Source: Bryobacterales bacterium
GTDB lineage: Bacteria; Acidobacteriota; Terriglobia; Bryobacterales; UBA6623
Direction of reading: 5' to 3'
Length of the DNA: 64,000 bases
NCBI GenBank assembly: GCA_965219585.1
Contig: CBDCOA010000003.1
Location: 2,001,375 to 2,065,374, forward strand
How positions within the stretch are numbered: the stretch's first letter is position 1; each line of letters opens with the position of its first letter. The translations under genes and the position numbers were made by a program. Below are positions 23,601-35,600 of the stretch, in pieces. The notes beneath the pieces were generated by a model, which saw only the letters and a program-made list of their open reading frames with translations, did no database searches and was not told the DNA's origin.

Positions 23601-26600
23601 TCGGTCGAGCTTGGGCTGGTGATGCGCTGCGGCGAGGCGTTGGCGGACGTGCTGCGGGGCCGGGTCGATCCACGGGAGCTGCTCGGCGGCGATCATGCCG
23701 GGGCGCAGGGCGTGTACCGGGACGCTCCGGCCATGCGGGCCGTGCACCGCATGATGGGTGCGACGGTGGGGGCGCTGGTGGCAGGCCTGCCGGAGCAGCG
23801 GCGCCTGCAGGTGCTGGAGATCGGGGCCGGCACGGGGAGCGCGACGGCGGAGGTGCTGGCAGCGCTGCCGGAGGGGCGCTTCGACTACTTCTACACCGAT
23901 ATCTTGGCGGGCTGCTTCCCCGAAGCGCGGGAGCGGTTTGGCGCGGCGATTGAGTGCCGGGTGCTCGACATCGAGGAGGATCTGGCAATTCAGGGACTGG
24001 AGGCGCACCGATACGACCTGGTGGTCGCGGCCAACGTGTTGCACGCGACGCGGGACTTGGGGAAGGCCTTGGAGAATTGCCGGAAACTGCTGGCACCGGC
24101 GGGGCAGCTGGTGACGTTGGAGGCCTTCCAGGCGGCGGCATGGCGGGACTTGACCTTCGGTCTGGCAGAGGAATGGTGGTGGTCCTCAGATCGGTACCGA
24201 GGCGAGTGCCCGCTGGTGGGGGCGAGCGTGTGGCGGCAGGCCTTGGCGGATGCTGGCTTCGGCGAGGCGGAAGTGCTTGAGGGCGCTGTCGAGGACGCAG
24301 TCTGGCACGGGGTGATCGTGGCGCGAGGCCCGTTGGAAGTGGAGCAAGATCCGGGCCTGTGGGTACTGGCGGGAGACGCATCGCCAGCGGTTTGGGAATT
24401 GGCCGAGAAGCTGGCGGCTAGCAACCAAGCCGTGATCGTGGCAGGGCAGGCGGAGGAGCGTGATTCGGCACAGCCAGCAGGGGTCACGACGGCGTATGTG
24501 GACCCGACGAGACGAGAGGCTTGGCGGGCGCTGCTGGGCGACCCGCCGGCCGAGGCCCCGTTGCGGGGCGTGGTGCACTTGGGTGCGCTGGAGGGTCGCG
24601 GCGCGGCTGCCGCGACGCCGGAACTCGCCCAGGACGTGGCCCGTATCGGGGCGAGTGCACTGGCGCTCGTGCAGGGACTGCAGGATGCCCAGGCGAAGCT
24701 TCTGGATGGCGTGTGGTTCGTGACGCGGGGCGGCCAGGCGGTCGAGCGCGAGCGGGGCGGCCAGGTGGCGGGGTCGGCGCTGTGGGGCCTAGGCAAGACC
24801 GTGGGTCTGGAGGCGCCGCAGCTGCGTGCGCGGATGGTCGATCTCGATCCGCGGCTGCCGCTGCAGCTGGACGCGCTGGTGAGCGAGTTGCTGCACGCCG
24901 ACCCGGAGACGCATATCGCTCACCGAGGTGCGACGCGTCATGCGGCCCGGCTCGTGCGCGGCCCCCGGACGGGACGGCTGCGGCTGCCAGAGGAGGCCGG
25001 CTGGCGCCTGGCGCGAGACGCCGCCGGAGCCTTGGACGCGCTGAGAGTGGAGCCTGCCAGCCTGGCCGCGCCAGGAGCGGGAGAGATCCGCGCGTCGGTG
25101 ACCGCCGCTGGGCTCGATTTTCACGACGTCTTGTTCGCAATGGGGATCGCCGACCTGCAGAGCGAGCTGGGGGCGGAGTTCTGTGGTCACGTGACGGAGA
25201 CCGGCACGGGCGTGACCGCGGTGTCTGTCGGCGACCGGGTGGTCGGTCTTGCCGCGGGAGCCTTCGGCCCCGAGGTCGTCACCAGCGAGGAATTGGTTGC
25301 GAGGGCACCCGCCGGGCTGTCGGCGGCGGCCTTGGCAACCGTGCCGACGGCATTCTTGACGGCGGCACGGGGCTTCGAGCTGGCCGGCCTTGAGGCTGGC
25401 GACAGCGTGCTGGTGCATGCCGGAGCCGGGGCCGTGGGCATGGCAGCGATCCGGCTGGCCCAAGCGGCGGGTGCGGTGGTGATCGCGACGGCGAGCGATT
25501 CCAAGGGTGCCTACGCGCAGTCGCTGGGCGTGGAGCACGTGTTCGAAGGCCAGGCCACGGCATTCGCGCAGAAGGTGCTGGATGTCACCGGGGGAGCGGG
25601 TGTCGCGATCGTGCTGAACGGCGCGGCCGGGCCCGACTGCGTCGAGGCGAGCCTGTCGTGCCTTGCCCGGGACGGGCGGTTCGTCGAAACCGTCAGGGAC
25701 GGCTCGTGGAGCTCGGAGCAGATGGCAGCGGCCAGGCCGGACGTGGCCTATCACGCTCCGGCGATCGATCAACTCCTTGTCGATGAGCCCGGGCAGATCG
25801 GGACCCAGCTGCGGGCCTTGATGCGGCGCATGGAAGCAGGAGAGTTGGAGCCGCCGCTCTACAGCGCCTGGCCGGTGGCGGAGGCGGGAGCGGCAATGGA
25901 GCTCCTGCGGTCGGGGCGCACCGAGGGCAAGCTCGCGCTGATGCTGCCGCCGCTCGCGAGCGGGGGCCTGCGCGAGGACGGGACATATCTGGTGACGGGC
26001 GGGCTCGCGGGGATCGGTCGACTCGCGGCGGGCTGGTTGGCTGACAGCGGGGCGCGCTGGATCGTGCTGAATGGCCGACGGGAGCCTGATGCCGAGGCGA
26101 GAGCGGCAATCGCGTCACTACGGGAGCGGGGAGTCGATGTGCGCACGGAGTTGGCGGACGTGACCGACCCTGCGGCCGTGGACGCCATGCTGGAGCGCAT
26201 CGAAGCCACGATGCCCGCGCTGGCGGGAGTCATTCACAGCGCGGGCGTAATTTCAGACGCGTCCCTGGCCAACCAAGACTGGGAGCGGTTCGAAGGGGTG
26301 CTGGGGCCGAAGGTGCTCGGGGCCTGGCACCTGCACCGGGCGACCGCGAACCGAGACCTGGACCTGTTCGTGCTGTTCTCAAGCATCGCGGGCGTGCTCG
26401 GAAACCCCGGACAGGCGAACTACGCGGCGGCGAACGCGTTTCTGGACCAACTGGCGCGGCACCGGCGCTCGTTGGGTCTCGCGGGCCAGTCGATCGCTTG
26501 GGGACCTTGGTCAGTCACTGGCCAGGCAGAGGAGCTGCGTTCACGGCTTGCAGAGGGGATGGCAGCGGGCGGCGTGGGCTGGATCCGTCCGCGACGGGGC

Positions 26601-29600
26601 CTGCGGGCCTTGGACAGGCTGGTGCGCCAGGACGTGGTCAACGGGACTGTGCTGTCGGTTGACTGGCCGCAGTTCGCCTCTCGCTTGCCTGTCACGCTGC
26701 CCCAGCTGGAAGAACTGGTGGCAGCCGGGCCGGCTGCGCAGGACAGGGCCGCCAAGACGGACCTCGCGGAGCGCCTGAGAGCGGTTCCGGCCGGCGAGCG
26801 CGAGGGGCTGCTGAGCGGCTTCCTGCAGGCTGAGGTCCAGTCTGTGCTGCGGCTGGCGTCGCCGCCGGATCCGACGGCAGGGTTCTTCGATCTCGGCATG
26901 GACTCGCTGATGGCGGTGGAGCTGAGGAATCGCCTGAATCGGGAATTGGGCGGCGAGTACAAGGCCTCGAGCACGGCGATGTTTGATTTTCCCGACATCA
27001 AGAGCCTAGCCGGCCACTTGGCTGCGGAACTCGGGGAGATCGAGCCAGCCCCGATCGAGCGCAAACGGCCGCTGCCAGCGCAAGGACTGGACGGCGGCAT
27101 CGCGATCGTGGGAATGGCGTGTCGATTCCCGGGAGCGCAAGACCTGCCAGGATTCTGGCGCGAACTGGAGGCGGCCGAGTGCGCAGTGACGCCGGGCCGC
27201 CAGAATTCGACGGTGGGACCGACGGACGAGGACGTCGAGGGGCTGCTGGGCGAGGACGACGCTCGTCGTTGGGGGGCGTTCGTCGAGGAAATCGACAAAT
27301 TCGATGCGGAATTCTTCCGCATCGCGCCCGTGGAGGCCGAGCTGCTGGACCCGCAGCAGCGCCTGTTGCTGGAGACAAGCTGGCTGGCGCTGGAGGAGGC
27401 TGGAATTGACCCGGGCCGGCTGAAGGGCGGCCGCACGGGGGTCTATGCGGGGATCTTGAGCAACGACTACTCGGAGCTGATTGACCGGGCGGGCCGAACG
27501 ACTTCCGACCTGTACGTGGCAACCGGCAATGCGGGCAGCACGGCGATCGGGCGAGTGGCATTCGCGCTGGGGCTGGAAGGGCCGGCGATGGCCGTGGACA
27601 CGGCCTGCTCGTCTTCCTTGGTCGCGGTCCACCAAGCAGTTGTCGCCTTGGAAAGGGGCGAGGCGGACCTGGCGCTGGCAGGAGGCGTGAACGCGATCCT
27701 GACGTCGACCGGCAACGAGCTGTTGGCCAAGGGAGGAATGCTGGCGGCAGACGGGCGCTGCAAGACATTCGATGCGTCGGCGAACGGATATGTGCGGGGC
27801 GAGGGATGCGGGGTGGTCGTGCTGAAGCGCCTGCAGGAGGCGCAGGCGGACGGGGACCGCATCTGGGCGGTAATCCGAGGGTCGGCGGTGAATCAGGACG
27901 GGGCCAGCGCGGGCCTGACGGTGCCGAACGGGCCGGCCCAGGAACGGGTGATCGGAGAGGCGCTGGCGCGGGCAGGGCTGGAACCAGCGGACGTTGACTA
28001 CCTAGAGGCGCACGGGACCGGCACGGAGCTGGGGGATCCAATCGAGGTGCAGGCTGCGGCCGCAGCCTACGGGCCCGGACGAGCGCCGGATCGCCCGCTG
28101 TTGATGGGATCGGTGAAGACCAACATCGGCCATCTGGAGGCGGCGGCGGGCGTTGCCGGCCTGATCAAGGTCGCGCTGTCGATGGAGCACGGAGTGCTGC
28201 CGCGGCACTTGCATTTCGAGAAGCCGAGTCCGCGCATCGACTGGGACGCGCTGCCGGTGGAGGTGACCGCCGAGGCCAGGCGCTGGCCGACGACGCCGGG
28301 CCGGCCGGTGCGGGCGGGGGTGAGTTCGTTCGGATTCTCGGGAACGAATTCCCACGTAGTGCTGGAGGCGCCCGATCGCAACGGGAAAGGCCCCGTGGAC
28401 AGGTCAGCCACGGCGGAATCTGAGAGTGGCGGATCGCGGGAGCGGCTGTTGCCGTTGTCGGGAAGGTCGCCGAGGGCGGTGCGGGAGCTGGCGGGCCGCT
28501 ACCTGTCGTGGCTGCGAGACCGCGACGGCGAGGCATCGGGCGAGCAGGAGTCGCGGTCCCTGCTGGCAGACATGGCTTGGACGGCAGGTCTGGGCAGGAG
28601 CCATTTCGACCATCGGGCCGGACTGGTGTGCGCTGATCTCGCGGAACTGCGGTCCGGGCTGGAGGCGGTGGTCGCGGGCCGCGAGATCGCGCGGGCCGCC
28701 CACGGGCCGCAAGTGGCGTTCGTCTTCACCGGCCAGGGCAGCCAGTGGGGCGGCATGGGGCGCTGGCTGTACGAGCGGGAGCCGGTGGCGCGGGCCGTGC
28801 TGGAGCGCTGCGAGCAGGCCATGCAGGAGTTGCGCGGGGCGTCGCTGCTGGACGTGATGTTCGGGCGGCCGGGGGCGGCCGGGGATTTGGACGACACCGG
28901 CTGGACGCAGCCGGCGCTGTACGCGCTGGAGTGCGCGCTGGCGGCGCAGTGGGCCAGCGTGGGAGTGCGGCCGGCGGCGGTGCTGGGGCACAGCGTCGGG
29001 GAGATCGCGGCGGCGCACGTGGCGGGAGTGTTCGGCCTGGAGGACGGCCTGCGGTTCGCGGCAGCGAGGGGCGAGTCGATGGGATCGCTGCCGGTGGAAG
29101 GGGAGGCGTCCGGGGCCATGCTGGCGGTGTTCGCTCCGCAGCAGCGGGTGGCCGAGGCGCTGGCGGAGCACGGCGGAGGCGCGGCGGAAACGGGGCTGGG
29201 CGTGGCGGCGGAGAACGGCACGCACCGGGTGGTGAGCGGGCCGCGGGCCGCGCTGGAGGCACTGGCGGAGCGCTTCGAGCTGGCGGGAGTGCGGGTGGCA
29301 CGGCTGAACACCAGCCACGCATTTCACAGCGCCCTGATGGACCCGGCGCTGGACACCATCGAGGGGGCGCTGGAGGCCGTAGAGCTGGGGACGCCTGCGG
29401 TGCCGCTGGTCAGCAACGTGACTGGGCGGGCGCTGCGCGAGGGCGAGCGGATGGACGGGGCGTACTGGCGGCGCCAGGCGCGGGAGCCGGTGGCGTTCGC
29501 GGCAGGCGTGGCGGCCTTGGCGGAGATTGGCGCGGGGCTGGTGGTCGAGATCGGCCCGCAAGCGGTCCTAGGGCCGCTAGTGGAGCAGGCGTGGCCGGCG

Positions 29601-32600
29601 GGGAACGGCGGCGGGTCCGGCTCCAGGCCGGCGGTGCTGGCGAGCCTGCGGCGGGAGGAGGGCGCGGCAGGCGGCTTCGCAGCGGCCGCGGCCGCTGCGT
29701 ACGAGGCCGGCGCGGCTGTCCACTTCGAGGGCTTGTTCGCGGGCGAGAGCCGCCGGCGGGTGTCCCTGCCGGGGTACCCCTTCCAGCGCGAGCGGTTCTG
29801 GGTCGAGCCGCCGAAGCGACGGATCGCGGGCGGCGGCCACGCGCTGCTGGGCACGCGCCGCGACATGGTCGGCGGGGAAGTCACGTTCGAAACGCAGATG
29901 TTCGCTTCGGCCCCGGAGTGGCTGGGAGACTACTCGGTGCTCGGACTGATCGTGGTCCCCGGGTCCCTGTACGGAGCGGCGGCCGTGGAGACAGCGGGCG
30001 CGATGCCCGGAATGGCCGGGGTCGTGGTCGAGGACCTGCATGTGCAGGTGCCCATGCACTTCGCAGGCGAAGACGGGCACAGCGAGCCTGACGACCGCGG
30101 AAAGACCGTGCAGGTGGTCGTCAAGGACACGGAAGAATCGGCGGCTCGTCGCATGGAGCTCTACAGCCAAGGCCCGGAGGACACGTGGACGCTGCACGCA
30201 GCGGCACGGCTGGGGAGGCCTGCCGACCGTGTCGATTTGCCGGCTGCAGTGGACATTGAAGCGCGCAGGTCGGGGCTTTCGCCCAAGAGCGCGCCAGACA
30301 TCTACCGAGGTCTTGCCGCCACCGGCATCGAGTACGGAGAGGCACTCCGCAGCGTCGAGGCTGTTTGGTCGAGCCAAGGAGAGGCAGTGGCCGAAATTGC
30401 GCTCCCCGGCGGATTGGAGCCGATGGGGTCGTGGCTGCATCCGGCTCAAATCGAGGGCTTCTTCCAGCTAGCCGCCCTGTTGGCGAATGACACGGAGGGG
30501 GCGAGGCCGGGCGCGCTCATTCCTTCCGGATGGGAGCGGCTGTGGCTTGTCGGCCCCCTGCCGGAGCGCCTAGTTTGCTGCGCGCGGATGCGCGCCTCCA
30601 ACGGCGTGGGACTGCAGCGGGCCGGGGATTCCGGGGCCCAGGTTGCAGACCTTGACTTGTACGACCCCCGGGGCATGCCTCTGGGCGGGGTCAGCGGGCT
30701 GGCGTTGAAGCCGACCACGCGGGCAGCGTTGTTGTCTGCAGCCGGGGGCGTGGAGGACCTCTTGTACGAGGTCGTATGGCGGGAGCAACCTTGGGTGAGC
30801 GGGTTGCAATCGGCCGGGTTCCTGGCGGCGCCGAGCGCGGCCGGCGAACTCAGGGGAACCTTCATCGAGAAGCTTGAAGCGGAAGGTGCAGTCCTGGAGT
30901 CTTGGGAAGAGCTGCTGGGGGGGCTGGCGCAAGTGTCGCGGTCGTACGCCCTGGCGGGGATGGAGGCCTTGGGCTGGCATCGCGAGACAGGCGCGATTGT
31001 CGAGCCGGAGCCGTTGCGGAGGCAGCTGAGAGTAGTCGCGGACCACCAGCATCTCTTCCGGCGCCTGCTGGGGATGCTGGAGAAGGCCGGGGTGTTGCAG
31101 GCGCGGGAGACGGAATCCCCAAGCTGGGTGGTGACCGTTGGTTCAGGCGAGCCCTTGCCCGAGGGTGTGGCGCAGAATCCCCGGGCCTTGGCAGAGGGAT
31201 TCTTGGAGCGGCATCCGTCCGGATCGCACGAGATGAGTCTGCTAATGCGTTGCGGGGATGCGTTGGCGGACTTGCTGGCGGGGCGGGTGGAACCGCTGGA
31301 GCTGCTGTTCGGCGGTGAGTTTGCCGGACTGGCGGACTTGTACCACCACTCGCCGGGGATGCGGGCGGCGAATCGCATGCTCGGCGCCGCGGTCGGCTTG
31401 CTGGCGGCAGGCCTGCCAGAGGGACGGCGATTGCGGGTTCTGGAAGTGGGGGCCGGCACGGGCAGCGCCACGGCGGAGGCGCTCAAGGCTCTGCCGGCAG
31501 GTCGCTTCGAATACCTCTTCACGGATCTCTCGGCGGGGTTCTTCGCCGAGGCGGAAGAGCGCTTCGGCGCGACCGACGCGGGGATCGAGTACCGAGTGCT
31601 GAACATCGAGGCGGCCCCTGAAGGCCTGGGCCTGCCAGCGCACAGGCACGACGTGATCATTGCCGCGAACGTGCTGCACGCGACCCGGGACCTGGCCAAG
31701 ACGCTGGAGAATTGCCGGAGGCTGCTGGCGCCGGCAGGGCTGCTCCTGGCATTGGAGACCTTCCGCCCCCAGGAGTGGATGGACCTGACGTTCGGGGCGC
31801 TGGAGGGCTGGTCCCGCTTCTCGGACCAATACCGGAGCGAGCACGCAATGGCGGACGAGGGCGTGTGGCGGCAGGCCTTGGCGGACACCGGCTTCGGCGA
31901 GGTAGAGGTGCTGGAGGGCGGCGTCGGAGATGTGGTCTGGCAGGGGGTGCTCGTGGCGCGAGGGCCACTCGAGGTGGCCGACACGCCGGGCCTGTGGGTG
32001 CTGGCAGGAAACGGATCGGCAGCGGCCCAGGAGCTGGCCGGCCGACTGGCGACCCGCAACCAGACGGTGATCGTGGCGGGTCAGGGGACGATGCCCGAAG
32101 CGTCGCAGCATGCGCGCATCACGGCCGCCGACATGGACCCGGCGAAGCGGGAGGCCTGGCGTGCGCTGCTAGAGGGCCTGCCTGCCGAGGCCCGCTTGCG
32201 GGGCGTGGTGCACCTGGGGGCCTTGAACGAGCAAGGCAATGCGGTCACGACAGCCAAACTGGCGGAATGCACGACCCGCATCGGAGAGAGTGCGCTGGCT
32301 CTGGTGCAAGGGTTGCAGGACGCGGGGGCGGAGCCGCTCGACGGCCTGTGGTTCGTGACGCGGGGCGGCCAGGTCGTCAAGCGCGACCAAGGTGGCGAGC
32401 TGGCCGGGGCGATGCTCTGGGGCTTGGGCAAGGCGGTGGCCATGGAGGCGGACCAGCTGCGGCCCCGCATGGTGGATCTGGACCCGCGGGAGCCGGAGCC
32501 GATGGACAGGTTGGTGGATGAGCTGCTGCACGCCGACCGCGAGACGCACGTTGCTCACCGGGGCGCGGCCCGCTTTGCAGCCCGCCTCGTAAGCAGCGCC

Positions 32601-35600
32601 CGGACAGGACGCCTTGGCCTGCCAGGGGAGCCGGGCTGGCGCCTGACACGCGACACGGGCGGCGCGCCGGACGCCCTCAGGGTTGAGTCGGCCGGGCTGG
32701 CCGCGCCGGGTCCCGGCGAGGTCCGCGTGGCGGTGGCCGCGGCCGGGCTGAATTCTCACGACGTCCTGATCGCGATGGGCATCTCGGACCAGCACAGTCC
32801 GCTGGGCACGGAGTTCTGCGGCCAGGTGACCTCGACCGGCGCGGGCGTGACCGAGGTGTCAGCCGGCGACCGGGTGGTCGGCCTTGCCTCGGGAGCCTTC
32901 GGCCCGGAGGTCCTCGCAAGCGAGGAACTGGTCGCGAAGGCCCCCGACGGATTCCCGGCGGCGGCGCTGGCGGCGATCCCTGCGGCGTTTGTGACGGCCG
33001 AGCTGGCATTGGAACTGGGCGGCCTCGAGGCTGGCCACAGAGTGCTGGTGCACGCGCGGGAGGGGGATGTGGGCCTAGCGGCGGTCCAACTGGCGCGCGC
33101 GGCGGGCGCGGAGGTGCTTGCAACGGCAAGCACCGACATGCTTGCCTACCTGCGGTCGCTGGGTGTCGAGCACGTGTTCGACAGCCAAGCCACGGATCTC
33201 GGCCAGGAAGTGCTCGCGGCGACCGCGGGAGCCGGCGTCGGAATGGTGCTGAACAGCCTGGCGGAGCCGGGCTTCATCGAAGCGAGCCTGGCGTGCCTGG
33301 AGCAGGGCGGCCGGTTTGTCGAGATCGCGGGACGGGACACCTGGAGCGCCGAGCGGATGGCGGAGGCCAGGCCGGACGTGGGCTACCACGTGCTGGCCTT
33401 GGATCGGCTCGCGAGCGACGAGCCGGCGAGGGTGGGGACCCAGCTGAGGTCCGCGGTGCGGAGGATGGGAGCCCGCAAACTGGAGCCGCTGCCGCACAGC
33501 GCATGGCCGCTGGCGGAGGCAGGGGCAGCGATGGAGTACTTCCGGTCGGAGCGTCCCGTCGGCAAGGTGGTGCTGACGCTGCCGCGGCTGGCGACCGGGG
33601 GCCTGCGGGAGGACGGAACGTACCTGGTGACCGGAGGGCTGGCTGGGATCGGATTGCTGGCGGCCGACTGGCTGGCGGACTGCGGCGCGCGCTGGGTCGT
33701 GTTGAACGGCCGCCAAGAACCGGATGCCGAAGCGAAGCCGGCGATCGAGGCCCTGCGGAAGCTGGGAGTCGAAGTGCGCGTGGAGGTGACGGACGTGACC
33801 GACTCGGCGGCCGTGGACGGCATGCTGGAGCGGATCGAACGCACCATGCCGCCGCTGGCGGGAGTGATTCACAGCGCGGGGGTGCTCGCGGACGCCACCC
33901 TGGCCAACCAGGGCTGGGAACGATTCGAACGGGTGATCGGGCCGAAGGTGCTAGGGGCCTGGCACCTGCACACGGCAACCGCAGGCCGGGACTTGGACTT
34001 CTTCGTTCTGTTCTCGAGCATTGCGGGCGTGTTGGGAAACGCCGGCCAGGCGAACCACGCGGCGGCCAACGCGTTTCTGGACCAGTTGGCGTGGCATCGG
34101 CGGTCGATGGGCCTAGCGGGCCAGTCGATTGCGTGGGGGCCTTGGTCGGAGGTTGGCGAGGCCGAGGAACAGCGTGCGCGGATCGCGGAGCGCTTGGCAG
34201 CGAGCGGCGTGGGATGGATCGTTCCGCGCCGAGGCCTGCGAGTGCTCGACAGTCTCGTGCGGCGGGACGTGGTGTGCGCGACTGTGCTGTCGGTGGATTG
34301 GTCTCAGTTCGCGTCCCACCTGCCTGCCACCCTGCCACTGCTGCGAGAACTGGTGGCTCCGAGGGCCGGTGGACGGGGTGTGGCCGCCAAGGTCGACCTC
34401 GTCGAGCGCCTCAGAGCGGTGTCGGCTCGCGAGCGCGAACGGCTCTTGGCCGGCTTCCTGCAGGGCGAGGTTCAGGCCGTCCTGCGGCTGGCTTCCCCGC
34501 CCGAGGTGACCTCCGGGTTCTTCGACCTTGGGTTGGACTCGCTGATGGCCGTGGAACTGGGGAATCGTCTGAACCGGGCGTTCGGCGGGGAGTACAAGCC
34601 CACGAGCACGGAGGTGTTTGACTTTCCCGACATCAAGAGCCTGGCCGGACACTTGGCGGCAGCGTTCGGGGAGATCGAGGAAGCCCCGGCCGGGCCGGAA
34701 CGGCCGGTCCCGACGCTAGGACAGGAGGGCGGCATCGCGATCGTGGGCATGGCGTGTCGATTCCCGGGAGCGCGGGACCTGTCGGCATTTTGGGATGAAC
34801 TGGCCGGGGCCGGATGCGCAGTGACGCCGGGTCGCCAGGGTTCGTCGGTGGGGCCCTCGGAAGGGGATTTTCCGGAACAAGTGGGCGAACAGGACGCTCG
34901 TCGCTGGGGGGCGTTCGTCGACGAGATCGACCTGTTTGACGCAGAGTTCTTCCGCATCGCGCCCGTGGAGGCAGAGGTGCTGGACCCGCAACAGCGGATC
35001 TTGCTGGAGACGAGTTGGCTGGCGCTGGAGGAGGCGGGGATCGACCCGGGCCGGCTGAGAGGCGGCCGCACCGGCGTGTACGTGGGGATTGCGACCAACG
35101 ACTATTCGGAGGTGATTGAGCGAGGGGGGCGAAGGACGGGCGATTTGTACGTGGCGACCGGGAATTCGGGCAGCACTGCAATCGGGCGAGTGGCATTCTC
35201 GCTCGGGCTGGAAGGGCCGGCGATGGCCGTGGACACGGCCTGCTCGTCTTCCCTGGTCGCACTCCACCAAGGGGTGGCGGCGTTGGAGCGGGGCGAGGCG
35301 GACTTGGTGCTGGCGGGAGGGGTGAACGCGATCCTGACGCCGACCAGCACCGAACTGCTGGCCAAGGGGGGGATGCTGGCGCCGGACGGCGTGTGCAAGG
35401 CATTCGATGCGGCGGCAAATGGGTTCGTGCGAGGCGAGGGATGCGGGGTCGTGGTGCTGAAGCGTCTGCGGGAAGCGGAGGCGGACGGGGACCGCATCTG
35501 GGCTGTGATCCGGGGTTCGGCGGTGAACCAGGACGGGGCCAGCGCGGGCCTGACGGTGCCGAACGGGCCGGCCCAGGAGCGGGTGATCGGACAGGCGCTG

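Noticed and set aside
20800-29852. The identical 1-kb blocks, considered as copies of an insertion sequence or other mobile element.
   Set aside because: Both copies are in frame within the PKS and encode the AT domain. There are no terminal inverted repeats, no transposase and no target-site duplication. Intragenic gene conversion explains them.
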